The notes below the pieces were generated by a model that was not told where the DNA came from, did not search any database, and saw only the letters and a list, made by a program, of their open reading frames with translations. Made by a program: the position numbers and the translations under genes. Of a DNA stretch of 64,000 bases, positions 1 to 9,390 are shown piece by piece. Origin of the DNA: a virus (taxonomy: Duplodnaviria; Caudoviricetes); the IMG/VR virus record IMGVR_UViG_3300031992_000077, positions 13,329-77,328 of that record, one strand, 5' to 3'. Every line of letters begins with the position of its first letter. Within the stretch, counting starts at the first letter, position 1.

Positions 1-107
1 AAGGTATCTACAACGTCTCTAATTTCCCTATCTGCGATATAATAAGTATTACCAGAAGGCAAGGTTATTCTATCTATAACAGGTACATTTACATCGACAT
101 ATGGCAT
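1..107 (-). CDS. N-terminus of a virion/tail-fibre-associated protein (continues off the left edge)
   Basis: ATG at 107 with GGAG RBS at 116-119; reads MPYVDVNVPVIDRITLPSGNTYYIADREIRDVVDT; the ITLPSGxTYxIxDxxAR pattern resembles short phage tail-fibre modules. Confidence 0.5.
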   Translation of the reverse strand, partial: MPYVDVNVPVIDRITLPSGNTYYIADREIRDVVDT

Positions 108-121
108 ATTTTTTATCTCCT

Positions 122-484
122 TTAATTTCTATTAAAAATTAATGCTTCATTAACAACTTCGGAGTCGTCATTCACATTTAATTTATTATTCCAAAATAAT
201 TTTTCTGCTATAGTAACATGGATTTCAGGATTATTAATGTGATTTAAAATCTAATCCCTTAAATTGTCATTTACAAACGGCAAATCCTATACATACGCGC
301 GCCCATCACCAATTTTTATTGCGGGCACAGCGATAACTTTTTCAACTCCATCTATTATTTTTTTAGTAGTCGCATAGTCATTATAAACTATAAGTTCACC
401 TTCTAATGGAATAAAACCTCTTGCGCTATTCCAATTAGCAGTTGTATCTCGCTTAAGTTTAATTCTAGCCTCTTTAACTCCCAT
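122..484 (-). CDS. Mtd N-terminal/hyaluronidase-N-like tail-fibre domain protein, 120 aa (2 TAG=Gln)
   Basis: Track ORF 287..484 continues through TAG: ...KIGDGRAYV(Q)DLPFVNDNLRD(Q)ILNHINNPEIHVT...NRN-TAA; contains the LKRDTxANW...GE...KIGDG pattern. Confidence 0.7.
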
Positions 485-496
485 ATAAACACCACC

Positions 497-820
497 TTAA
501 TATATTGTAGTGGTACTTGTACCGCAATCTAATATTAAATTCTCAAATTCATCATCAACATATTCTTTTTTTGCATAATCTGTACCATCTAATAAATCTT
601 CTACTTTTACAGTAGATAAAAGTTCTAACATTTGCTCACTAGTAATACCAAAATATTCTAGTTCCAACCAATGCCTAACTCCATCGCCTATTTTCAAACC
701 ATATACATCATATGCAAATCCAGGTTCTCCTAAAGCTAAAACTGGATTAACTTCATTCCATTCTGCTTCAGTAGCGCGGCGCAGTTTAAATACTGTCTTT
801 AAGACTTTTTTCGTAACCAT
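497..820 (-). CDS. Mtd N-terminal-like domain protein
   Basis: LRRATEAEWNEVNPVLALGEPGFAYDVYGLKIGDG pattern; start moved to ATG 820 behind a GGCGGTG RBS. Confidence 0.7.
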   Translation of the reverse strand: MVTKKVLKTVFKLRRATEAEWNEVNPVLALGEPGFAYDVYGLKIGDGVRHWLELEYFGITSEQMLELLSTVKVEDLLDGTDYAKKEYVDDEFENLILDCGTSTTTIY

Positions 821-974
821 ATACATCACCGCCATCAAAAATAATTATTAAATCTAAATCAATATCAGCCTCACTATTTATCGCATGAAAATCGCCCTTA
901 AAATTTACTTCTTCACTACTAGATTTAAAACTAGTTTTGAAATAACTATCTATAGTTTTCATTCTGCTTTTCAT
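786..974 (-). CDS. Small hypothetical virion-associated protein
   Basis: GGTGAG RBS; start overlaps the upstream TAA; ends IIFDGGDVYG, like neighbouring small tail-module proteins. Confidence 0.5.
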   Translation of the reverse strand: MKSRMKTIDSYFKTSFKSSSEEVNFKGDFHAINSEADIDLDLIIIFDGGDVYGYEKSLKDSI

Positions 975-1306
975 TAAATCTCACCATCCAGTAAAACATC
1001 ACCGAGCCTATCTTTCATTACATCGCTTGCTAAACACTGTCCATTTGTTAATTTAACTCGAATCTAAACTAAAATAAGAGAATCGCGCTATCTATCAAGC
1101 CAGCTATATTTTTCAAAAGACAAAGTATCTTCTTGCGAAAGCTATAAAGTGATTGTTTCTTCATCGGGCTAAAAAGTTACATCTGATAATTCTTTAGTAA
1201 AACAAACTTTTCCTTTCTAAAAATAAGTAATTTTTAAAACGCTTACTTCATTTTGGTCAAAAGGAAAATAAAATATATGTTTCGGAGTTGTGCCTCTGTA
1301 AGTCAT
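974..1306 (-). CDS. Conserved phage protein, 110 aa (RGTTP...TYxQ...VQIR type; 5 TAG=Gln), absent from the ORF track
   Basis: AAGGAG RBS; MTYRGTTPKHIFYFPFDQNEVSVLKITYF(Q)KGK...LILV(Q)IRVKLTNGQCLASDVMKDRLGDVLLDGEI-TAA; open only if TAG is sense. Confidence 0.75.
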
Positions 1307-1328
1307 ATTCTTTACTCCTTATATCTTC

Positions 1329-1472
1329 TTAAATAATCTAATACTCACCATCATACACTGGTGGTATTATATCTTTTGGAATAGTAATAATTCCTTTAAG
1401 TATTTCATCATCCGCGGATAATTTTCCAATTAAACTCTCAACCGCAGATAACTTTCCAATTAATTTTTCCAT
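1329..1472 (-). CDS. Small protein with duplicated LIGKLSA motif, 47 aa (1 TAG)
   Basis: GAGG RBS; MEKLIGKLSAVESLIGKLSADDEILKG...PPVYDGEY(Q)II-TAA. Confidence 0.55.
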
Positions 1473-1473
1473 C

Positions 1474-1827
1474 TTATTCTACCTCTGGAGTTATTATAAA
1501 GTCAGCATTATTTATAAATGTATCTACTTCATTGTTTGCAAAAGTAATCTATAAATCATATTTATAATTTCCAAAAGGTAGATTTTTAGTATCTTCGGGG
1601 TCTAACTTTAACTACATACTATTATAAGGAATATCTTTTATTATTAACGGCTCTTTATCAACAAATTGCGTTTTATTCACATTCATTTTTGCACTTTTTA
1701 ATGCAAATCTTATTTTATCCGCAGCTACTGGAATATACGGATTTTTATCTTTAGTAGTTAATGTTATTAAAACTTTTAAAGTGTCCCCTCTGGTTAAAGA
1801 AATTGTAGTACCATTTATTTTATACAT
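1474..1827 (-). CDS. BppU-N-like/baseplate accessory beta-domain protein, 117 aa (2 TAG)
   Basis: TISLTRGDT at the N-terminus; reads through TAG to ...PEDTKNLPFGNYKYDL(Q)ITFANNEVDTFI...ITPEVE-TAA; GGAGG RBS. Confidence 0.65.
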
Positions 1828-1856
1828 TCACTACACCTCCAAAGGACTTAATAATA

Positions 1857-1872
1857 CTCTATAAATTAAGTA
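1857..1872 (-). promoter_or_regulatory. Putative late-promoter motif TACTTAATTTATAGAG
   Basis: Differs at one base from the motif at 50686-50701, upstream of the Dit-like gene. Confidence 0.4.
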
Positions 1873-1917
1873 AGTTATATCCGCGTAAGCTCTATTTTTC
1901 TCAGACCATTTTAAAAT

Positions 1918-1946
1918 TTGAAAAAGCTCGGAAATTATGATATAAT
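1918..1946 (+). promoter_or_regulatory. SigmaA-type promoter for the ligase
   Basis: TTGAAA-17 nt-TATAAT with extended -10 TG. Confidence 0.75.
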
Positions 1947-2035
1947 AAAAGAGTAGTAAGTAAGATAAATAATAAAATAAAATAGGAATAATATATAAAT
2001 ATAATATATATATTAAAGGAGATATATAAAAAAAT

Positions 2036-3163
2036 ATGAAAGGTTATGTTGATGGTTTTGACTGGTATAACGCAGAAGCCATGAAATACTGGAGTATCCC
2101 TTCGTCTTATAGCGCAGAAAAAGGAAAAACTGAAATTAAAAATGCTATCTTTAGCGGACGTTATTATGGGGCACTTAAAGTAGACGGATATTATCAACGT
2201 CTTATTAAGGATGAAGACGGTAACTGTTTTATGGTTGCGCGCTCAAAAAATGTAAAAGGTGAACCAACTGATAAATACGACTGGGTTCCGCAGCTTCATA
2301 AATTTATGGATAGTTTACCTAATGGAACCGTTTTACTTAGTGAATGTTATTTACGTGATAATGAAGGTTCACAAAAAATAACTAGTCTACTGGGATGTCT
2401 TAAAGATAAATGTATAGAGCGGCAAAAGAAAGACCAGTGGCTTAGCTTTTATATTTTTGATATTTGTGCTTATAACGGTAAAAATTTAATTAATACTCCT
2501 TTTAAAGAAAGAATAGATATTTTAATAGACCTCTCATTTAAATATAAAACCGCGCCACTTAATAGTGTATGTTCTTGTATTACTTGGGCTGAATATTTTT
2601 ATGGAGAATCTTTATGGAACGAATTACAGAATTACCTAGCTAGCGGGCGAGAAGGTGTAGTAATTACACGAGAAGATTGTCCTATTTATTTTAAGCGCAC
2701 CCCAGCGCACATAACAATTAAAGTCAAAAAAGAATTACGAGAAAGCCTAGACTGCTTCTTTACAGGGCGCGCGACGCCTCCGACCAGAATATACAGTGGT
2801 ATTAGCCTGCCCAGTTGGGAATATTGGGAAGACCCGATTACAAAAGAAAAACTTAAGGGTAATTATTATAGAGAATATATGAACGGCGCGCCGATTGAGC
2901 CAGTTACTAAGTCTTATTTTAATGGAATGGCCGGCAGCCTAGAAATAGGAGTTCTTCGAGATGGAAAAGTATATCCTATTGGTTATCTTAGCGGTCTTAG
3001 TGACGAAATTAAAAGTAACTATAAAGAATATACTGGAAAGTGTTTAGAAGTTGGGGCAATGCAATTTACAGAAGGGAATAATGCATTAAGACACGCGAAA
3101 ATGATTAGACTTCGTCCTGATCTTAATGTAGAAGATTGTACTTGGGAGAAACTTGGATTGTGA
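2036..3163 (+). CDS. lig: ATP-dependent DNA ligase (no TAG)
   Basis: Motif I ALKVDG, YIFDI, EGVV, C-terminal OB-fold ...LRHAKMIRLRPD. Confidence 0.9.
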   Translation: MKGYVDGFDWYNAEAMKYWSIPSSYSAEKGKTEIKNAIFSGRYYGALKVDGYYQRLIKDEDGNCFMVARSKNVKGEPTDKYDWVPQLHKFMDSLPNGTVLLSECYLRDNEGSQKITSLLGCLKDKCIERQKKDQWLSFYIFDICAYNGKNLINTPFKERIDILIDLSFKYKTAPLNSVCSCITWAEYFYGESLWNELQNYLASGREGVVITREDCPIYFKRTPAHITIKVKKELRESLDCFFTGRATPPTRIYSGISLPSWEYWEDPITKEKLKGNYYREYMNGAPIEPVTKSYFNGMAGSLEIGVLRDGKVYPIGYLSGLSDEIKSNYKEYTGKCLEVGAMQFTEGNNALRHAKMIRLRPDLNVEDCTWEKLGL

Positions 3164-3534
3164 GTAGTTACGAAGAACAAGTGGCGCTTATATTAAAAAA
3201 AGAACGTATAAAATTTCAAAGAGAAAAAACCTATTCAGATTTAAAACACGGTAGGTTTAGATATGATTTTTATTTACCTACTTTAAATTTTTTAATAGAA
3301 TTAGATGGGTAGTTTCATTGGAATCCCATACGTGGAGAATAGGAGTTAAAAAAATAGCGCGAGCATGATAGATAGAAAAATTCCTATGCACTTGCGCATA
3401 ATATACCTTTATTTAGAATCCCGTATTGGGATTTAGATAGCGGCGTTATAAAAACTTTTAATGACCTTATTCAAAAAAAATATCATGTAGTTAATAAATG
3501 GCATAATGATAGAATAAAAGTCCCAAAAAAATAA
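3160..3534 (+). CDS. DUF559/Vsr-like PD-(D/E)XK endonuclease, 124 aa (4 TAG)
   Basis: GTG overlaps the ligase stop; RFRYDFYLP...IELDG(Q)FH...HDR(Q)KNSYALAHNIPLFRIPYW-...TAA. Confidence 0.75.
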
Positions 3535-3576
3535 AGTAATATCAAACTAAACTCTACTTTATGTAGAGGTGATGGT

Positions 3577-4074
3577 ATGAATATTTTTAAAGATATAGTC
3601 GATTGGTCGCTCTCAGATTTTGCAAGTTTTTTCGGCGGCTTAATTATATTAATTTATATTTTTTCTGAGGTCTTTAAAAAAGTCACAGAATAGACTAAAT
3701 GGGCTTAGGAAAGAAAAAAAGAAAGAGAAAAAGTAAAACGAGAAGCTGCACATGATTAGTATAAAGAATTTACAGACGAATTTGTAAAAGAATTTGTGCC
3801 TCCACTTGTAGCTCATTTTGAACAATCTGATAAAGAAATAATTAAAAAATTAGATCAACTAAATAATTCCTCAAATGATATGTTAAGAAAATAGATGACT
3901 GATATTTATTATAAGTATCTACCTTATAAAAAAATATTATAGTATGATAAAAAATGTTTTATTAAATTATATCATGACTACGGCGCGCAAGGTGGTAATT
4001 CATATGTAGATGAATTAAAAAAAGAAATAGATACTTGGGAAGTAGTTTTAACTGAGGAAGATTTACATTGGTAA
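3577..4074 (+). CDS. Holin-like membrane protein, 165 aa (5 TAG)
   Basis: GAGGTG RBS; N-terminal hydrophobic helix (FASFFGGLIILIYIFS); C-terminal LYHDYGAQGGNSYVDELKKEIDTW, matching the YxxxGGN pattern of lysis-cassette membrane proteins in Bacillota phages. Confidence 0.6.
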
Positions 4075-4081
4075 ATTTTAG

Positions 4082-4117
4082 AAGAGAAAAGTTATAATTT
4101 GACTTTTCTCTTTTTTT
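4082..4117 (+). terminator. Intrinsic terminator overlapping the next -35 box
   Basis: Stem AGAGAAAAGT/ACTTTTCTCT followed by a T-tract. Confidence 0.7.
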
Positions 4118-4127
4118 ATGTTATAAT
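4099..4127 (+). promoter_or_regulatory. SigmaA-type promoter
   Basis: TTGACT-17 nt-TATAAT with extended -10 TG. Confidence 0.75.
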
Positions 4128-4159
4128 ATAATTAGAAAAAAATAGGAGTAGTAGAATTT

Positions 4160-5233
4160 ATGGAATATATTATTTATTGTATTCTTGGAGTTTTACTATT
4201 ATTTTTTATTGTTCTCTTTTTTAGACAGCAAAAATAGAATAAATATTTATTAGAAGAAAATAAAAAAATAGAAGAAAATAAATTAGAAGAATTAAATTAG
4301 AAATATAATAAAAGAAAGGAGTTCCTCGAAGAAGATTATAATAAAAAATAGGAGTATCTTCAAGATTAGTATAAAAAAAGAGAAAATCAATTATATCAAG
4401 ATTTCTATCAAGCGCAATAGAATTATAATGAAATAACTGAAAATTTAAATTAGAATTTTAAAAGATATAAAGAGTCCTAGTATAAATTAATACAAGAAGA
4501 TTTAGAAGAATATAGTAAAAATGAAAAATTTAAAAAATAGATTGAAATAGAAAAAAATACTTAGGAACTTTATGAACAATATATAAAAAAACAAAAGCTA
4601 CTTGAAGAAGAATTTCAATCTAAAAAAGCAGAAATAGAATTTGAAATAAAAGAAACTTATGATGATGCCGCAGAAGCTGCGTTAGAATACTGCGATATAC
4701 TTGAAACTTTAGATGATTTTCGCAGACGGCGCGAGGTCGTAAATTCATAGGTATTGCGTGAAAAACAAATACAAGAAGAAAAAGATTTTTATCGTATTTG
4801 TCTTAGTTAGAATGATATAGAAGACCTATAGATTATAAAAGATATAGAACATAAATTTAATAATAAAGAAGTTCTTCATAAAGCGGCTTTTGACTGTTAT
4901 GTACGACGGCCGCTATCTGAGATGGAAAAACGAGTCTTAGGTAATAAAAAACCAAGTGGAATTTATATTATAACCTATATTCCTACTGGAGAAATATATA
5001 TAGGTCGTTCAACTGATATAGCAAATCGTTGGACAGAGCATGTAAAAAGTGCGTTTAATCTTGGTACTATCGCGCATAGCTCTCTCCATACAAAGATGGA
5101 AGAAAAAGGAATTTGGAATTTTACTTTTTAGATTTTAGAAGAAGTTTCAAAAGAAAAATTAAATGAAAGAGAGAAATATTGGATTAATTTATATGGCGCG
5201 ACAACGCTAATGAATTAGAAATAGGGTGGATAA
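4160..5233 (+). CDS. Membrane-anchored coiled-coil protein with C-terminal GIY-YIG nuclease domain, 357 aa (many TAG)
   Basis: AGGAG RBS; N-terminal TM helix MEYIIYCILGVLLLFFIVLFF; long E/K/Q-rich coil; SGIYIIT...IYIGRS...RWTEH; ends LMN(Q)K(Q)GG-TAA. Confidence 0.75.
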
Positions 5234-6286
5234 ATGAATTTAAGTAAAAAATAGAAAGAAATAGTTGAATCACCATATCCAAAAATAGTTGTTAATGCTG
5301 CAGCAGCTAGCGGAAAAACAGCTCTTATAGTAGAGCGAGTTAAATTTATGCTCTCACGCGGTTATATGCCAGAACGTATAGTTGTTATTACTTTTACTAC
5401 AGCCGCGGCAGATGAGATGAGAAAGAGAATTGGTTATGTTGATGGCTTATTTATTGGAACTATTCATGCTTATGCACTTTATCTTTTAAGTGTATATGGT
5501 TTAAATGAAAAGGCATTATAGTATATAAATGAAGAAAAATTTGATAGTCTTTTTGCTATGGTAAAAAGACATAGAAAATGCATTAAACAAGTAGATTATC
5601 TTATGGTAGATGAAGCTCAAGACTGTTCAGAGAATGAATGGGAATTTTTTGCGTTAATAGACCCTGCTGGGTTTTTCTATTGCGGTGACACAAAACAATG
5701 CATTTATGAATGGCGAGATGCAAGACCAGCTGATTTTTTAGAAATAGCGTCTTATGAAGAAGTACATACATATTCTCTTGATGAAAATTATCGGAATGGA
5801 TACTCCATTCTTAACTTTGCAAAAGATATTATAACTCGTACTAAATCTCATATGTATGATGACTCAATACCAATGCGTCATACCTCTGGAAAGGTCTAGT
5901 GGGTTGAATTTAACTTAGGTAATATAGCTAAATTAATTAAAAATAGTAAGGAACCTTATGGTAGCTGGTTCGTACTAGCGCGCACCAATGATTAGATAGA
6001 AAGTATATAGTATATCCTAGATTCATATGGAGTCCCAAATATTACCTTTAAACGTGGCGGGAAAAGCTTTGATGAATTAGACGCACTCACTAAAGAAGAT
6101 AAAGTAAAAGTCTTAACTATTCACACAGCGAAGGGACTTGAAGCGGATAATGTGGTCGTTATTGGGGCTAGACTATGGGGTGATGAGGAAATAAGACTAG
6201 CTTACGTAGCGGCAACTCGTGCGAGAGAAAATTTATATTGGGTATATAACAAAAAGAAAAAAGCTAATATAGAAAGTTGGGAATAA
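5234..6286 (+). CDS. UvrD/Rep-like SF1 helicase, compact, 350 aa (5 TAG)
   Basis: LSKK(Q) Q-motif, AAAASGKT Walker A, TFT, VDEAQD, GDTKQCIY, ENYR, LARTND(Q), TIHTAKGLE, YVAATRA. Confidence 0.9.
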
Positions 6287-6291
6287 AATAA

Positions 6292-6516
6292 ATGGAAAAG
6301 ATTAAATTAAGAAAAGAGATAAAATTTCCTGGAATTCCAATACATATAGAAGAAAATTATATTAAAAACGAAATAATTATTACTCATGCATATCGTTTTG
6401 ATGATGATTCTGGAACCCGAATCATGCTTAGAGGTGTATTACGCGCGGAAGATGGAGATGAAATTCCATATATTCAACCATATGAACTTAAGAATACAGG
6501 TGAAACTAATGTTTAA
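6292..6516 (+). CDS. Hypothetical protein
   Basis: 74-aa ORF tightly packed in the operon. Confidence 0.6.
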   Translation: MEKIKLRKEIKFPGIPIHIEENYIKNEIIITHAYRFDDDSGTRIMLRGVLRAEDGDEIPYIQPYELKNTGETNV

Positions 6517-6673
6517 AGTTAAATATAAATATACTGGTGATATTTATACTGTTCTAGATGTTAAATATGATGAATATTATTAGATTACTCGTTTTCTTAT
6601 GTGGGTTGATGATGAATGGAAATGGGTAAGAGCTGATAATTTTGTACCGCCAAACTATGAAGGAAGTCAATAA
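6509..6673 (+). CDS. Small hypothetical protein, 54 aa (1 TAG)
   Basis: MFKVKYKYTGDIYTVLDVKYDEYY(Q)ITRFLMWVDDEWKWVRADNFVP...-TAA. Confidence 0.6.
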
Positions 6674-6675
6674 AT

Positions 6676-6704
6676 TTGACTTCTTTTTTAATTTATGGTA
6701 TAAT
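6676..6704 (+). promoter_or_regulatory. SigmaA-type promoter embedded in a terminator hairpin
   Basis: TTGACT-17 nt-TATAAT with TG; the -35 box is the 3' arm of the GAAGTCAA/TTGACTTC stem. Confidence 0.7.
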
Positions 6705-6811
6705 ATTTATAGAAAATGAAAATAGAAAATTTTACCTATTAAAAATATTATAACTGGACTAAAATTATATACCTCATTTAATCCAGTTTCACTTATATAT
6801 GAGGTGATAAT

Positions 6812-7558
6812 ATGAGTAAATTAAAAAATGAAATTGGAAATACATATGGGTATTTAACAGTTATAGGGCGCGCGCCGAATAATAAAGATGGTCGCGCAAT
6901 GTGGAAATGTAGATGTAAATGTGGGAATGAAATTATAGTTTCTGGGAAACATTTACGTTCTGGTAATACTAAATCTTGCGGCTGTTATTAGAAAGAACGT
7001 GCGATTGAATCAAATCTTATTAGGGGCGGAGATTTAACTGGAAAAAGATTTGGTAAATTAGTAGTTTTATGTGAAGATGGTTTTATAACTGGTTCAAATG
7101 GAAAAAGACGTAGATTATGGAAATGTCAATGTGATTGTGGGAATATTTGTTCTATTCAACACCAATATTTAAATTATGGCGATACTACTTCTTGTGGTTG
7201 TATTAATTCAGTAGGAAATATGACAATTACAAGATTATTAAATAAATCTAATCATAAATATAAAGCAGAATATTCTTTTAAAGATTTTATTTGTAATACC
7301 AAACCATATCAATTCGATTTTGCTCTTTTAGATAATGACGATAATTTGTTAGGACTAATAGAGTATCAAGGAGATATTCATTTTGTATATAAAGATATTG
7401 GTTGGAATACTAAAGAATCTTTTGAAGAAAGAGTAAAACGAGATAAAGAAAAATTTAATTATTGTAAAGAACATAATATAAAATTATTTTATATTACATA
7501 TAAAGATGATATAGAAGAAAAATTATAGGAGATATTAAATGAGTTATACAGCAGATGA
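6812..7558 (+). CDS. Free-standing homing-endonuclease-like protein: two CxCxCG...SCGC repeats plus C-terminal PD-(D/E)XK domain (2 TAG)
   Basis: WKCRCKCG...TKSCGC and WKCQCDCG...TTSCGC repeats; FDFALL...LIEYQGDIH...KRDKEK; reads through TAG 7526 to TGA 7556-7558, overlapping the gyrB start. Confidence 0.75.
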
Positions 7559-9389
7559 TATAAAATCATTATCTTTTAGAGAAGGTGTAAGAACTCGTAT
7601 TCAAATGTATCTTGGTAGCGCTGATAATGAAGGTGCCTATCAAGCTTTTAAAGAAATTATAAATAATAGTACTGACGAAGCGCTTTGCGGTTATGGTAAT
7701 CAAATTGATATTTCAGTAGATGAAGAAAACAATACTATTGAAGTTCAAGACTACGGGCGTGGTGTTCCTTTTTTAGTAAAAGAAGATGGTACTAATGTTC
7801 TAGTAGATGTATACACAAAAGCCCACACCGGCGGTAAATTTGATGACCACGCATATAAAAATGTTGGAGGTCTTAATGGTGTTGGTGGAAGTTGCGTATG
7901 TTTAAGTTCTCTTGACTTTATGGTAGAGAGCTGTCGTGATGGTAAGATGGCGCGCGCTATGTTCTTTAAAGGAGAGCTAGTTAGTTATAATGAGTTTGAT
8001 ACTAAACATGCTAATGGTACTCTTGTTAAATTTACACCAGACCCCGAAGTTTTTAAAGATGAAAAGATTCAATATGATTATGAGAGAATTTGTAATGATA
8101 TAAAGAATATTTGTTATCTTTATAGCGGAATTACATTTAATGTATATAATCTTAAAACAGGCAAGAAAAATACATATTCCGCGCGCAATGGTATTAAAGA
8201 CTTTATCAAAGATAATTTGAGTACACCGCTTCATAAAACAATTCAATATGCTACTGCCACTGATGGTGAAGATAAAATTGAAATTGCTTTTCAATGGGGT
8301 GCAAAGCGCGAGACTTCTTATGTATTTGTTAACGGCTTGCTATGTCCTGAAGGAGGCAGTCCCATAACGGGAGCAAAAACAGCTATTACGCGTACATTCA
8401 ACTCCCTATCAAAACAAGACTTTGATGGTGATGCAATTCGTGGAAATTTATTCTATGTAATTAATTGTTCTGTTGCACATCCGTCTTTTGCAAATCAAAC
8501 AAAATCAAAAATCAATAATGCTAATCTGCGTACACTTGCTTCTAATGCTTTTAGCGATGCGCTGAAGTCAATGAAGATTAAACTTCCACAAGAGTTTGAT
8601 ACAATCGTAGAATTATTGAAAAAAATTGCAAAGGCAGAAGCTGCCGCAGAGAAGGCGCGCCAGCAAGTTCTTAATGCTTCAAAAGAAATTGAAAAGAATC
8701 AAAAGAAAAAAGTTTTTGCTTCTGATAAATTGAAAGATGCGGAGTTTCTTGGGCAGAACTCGACCCTTCTTATTGTTGAAGGTAATAGTGCTATGGGTGG
8801 TATGGCTCAGGCGCGTGATTACAAGAAGTATGGTATCCTGGCAATTAGGGGTAAGATTATTAATTGCTTGTCAAATCCCGAAGAAAAGATTTTTGAGAAC
8901 GAAGAAATTAAACTTCTTTTGAGTGCGATGAATATCGTGCCGGGGAAATATAATAGTTCAAAACTTCGTTACGGCCGCCTTGCAATCTGTACCGATGCAG
9001 ATAGCGATGGATACCATATTGGACTTTTAATTATGGCTGCACTTACCTATCTTGCGCCGCAGTTTATTAAAGAAGGACGCTTGTGCTGGTTGCGCTCACC
9101 ACTTTATATTGTCAATAATGGTAAGCAAGAAAGCTACTATTTCGATGATACAGAATTTAATGCTGTGCGCGGCAAGATTAAAGGTGAAGTAACGCGCGCA
9201 AAAGGTCTTGGTGAATTGCCGGCTGAAACCGCGCGAGCATCTATGTTTACTGAACAGTATCAACGTATGGAAGCTATGGAATATAGTGATGAAGCGTTAG
9301 GTTTATTGTATGATTTAATGGGCGAAGACGTAAAACTAAGAAAAGAATTTATTTTTAATAATATTGATTTTTCGGAGATAACGGAGTAA
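7539..9389 (+). CDS. gyrB: DNA gyrase/type IIA topoisomerase subunit B (no TAG)
   Basis: EIINNSTDE, DYGRGVP, HTGGKF, GGLNGVG, TOPRIM VEGNSA, IRGKIIN, DADSDG, KGLGE. Confidence 0.95.
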   Translation: MSYTADDIKSLSFREGVRTRIQMYLGSADNEGAYQAFKEIINNSTDEALCGYGNQIDISVDEENNTIEVQDYGRGVPFLVKEDGTNVLVDVYTKAHTGGKFDDHAYKNVGGLNGVGGSCVCLSSLDFMVESCRDGKMARAMFFKGELVSYNEFDTKHANGTLVKFTPDPEVFKDEKIQYDYERICNDIKNICYLYSGITFNVYNLKTGKKNTYSARNGIKDFIKDNLSTPLHKTIQYATATDGEDKIEIAFQWGAKRETSYVFVNGLLCPEGGSPITGAKTAITRTFNSLSKQDFDGDAIRGNLFYVINCSVAHPSFANQTKSKINNANLRTLASNAFSDALKSMKIKLPQEFDTIVELLKKIAKAEAAAEKARQQVLNASKEIEKNQKKKVFASDKLKDAEFLGQNSTLLIVEGNSAMGGMAQARDYKKYGILAIRGKIINCLSNPEEKIFENEEIKLLLSAMNIVPGKYNSSKLRYGRLAICTDADSDGYHIGLLIMAALTYLAPQFIKEGRLCWLRSPLYIVNNGKQESYYFDDTEFNAVRGKIKGEVTRAKGLGELPAETARASMFTEQYQRMEAMEYSDEALGLLYDLMGEDVKLRKEFIFNNIDFSEITE

Positions 9390-9390
9390 T

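Noticed and set aside
122-838. Diversity-generating retroelement suggested by Mtd-like domains
   Set aside because: No reverse transcriptase, Avd or template/variable repeat pair seen in this window; only the N-terminal domain matches.
1901-2197. 98-aa minus-strand ORF across the divergent promoter region
   Set aside because: Low-complexity translation of an AT-rich promoter region overlapping the ligase start.
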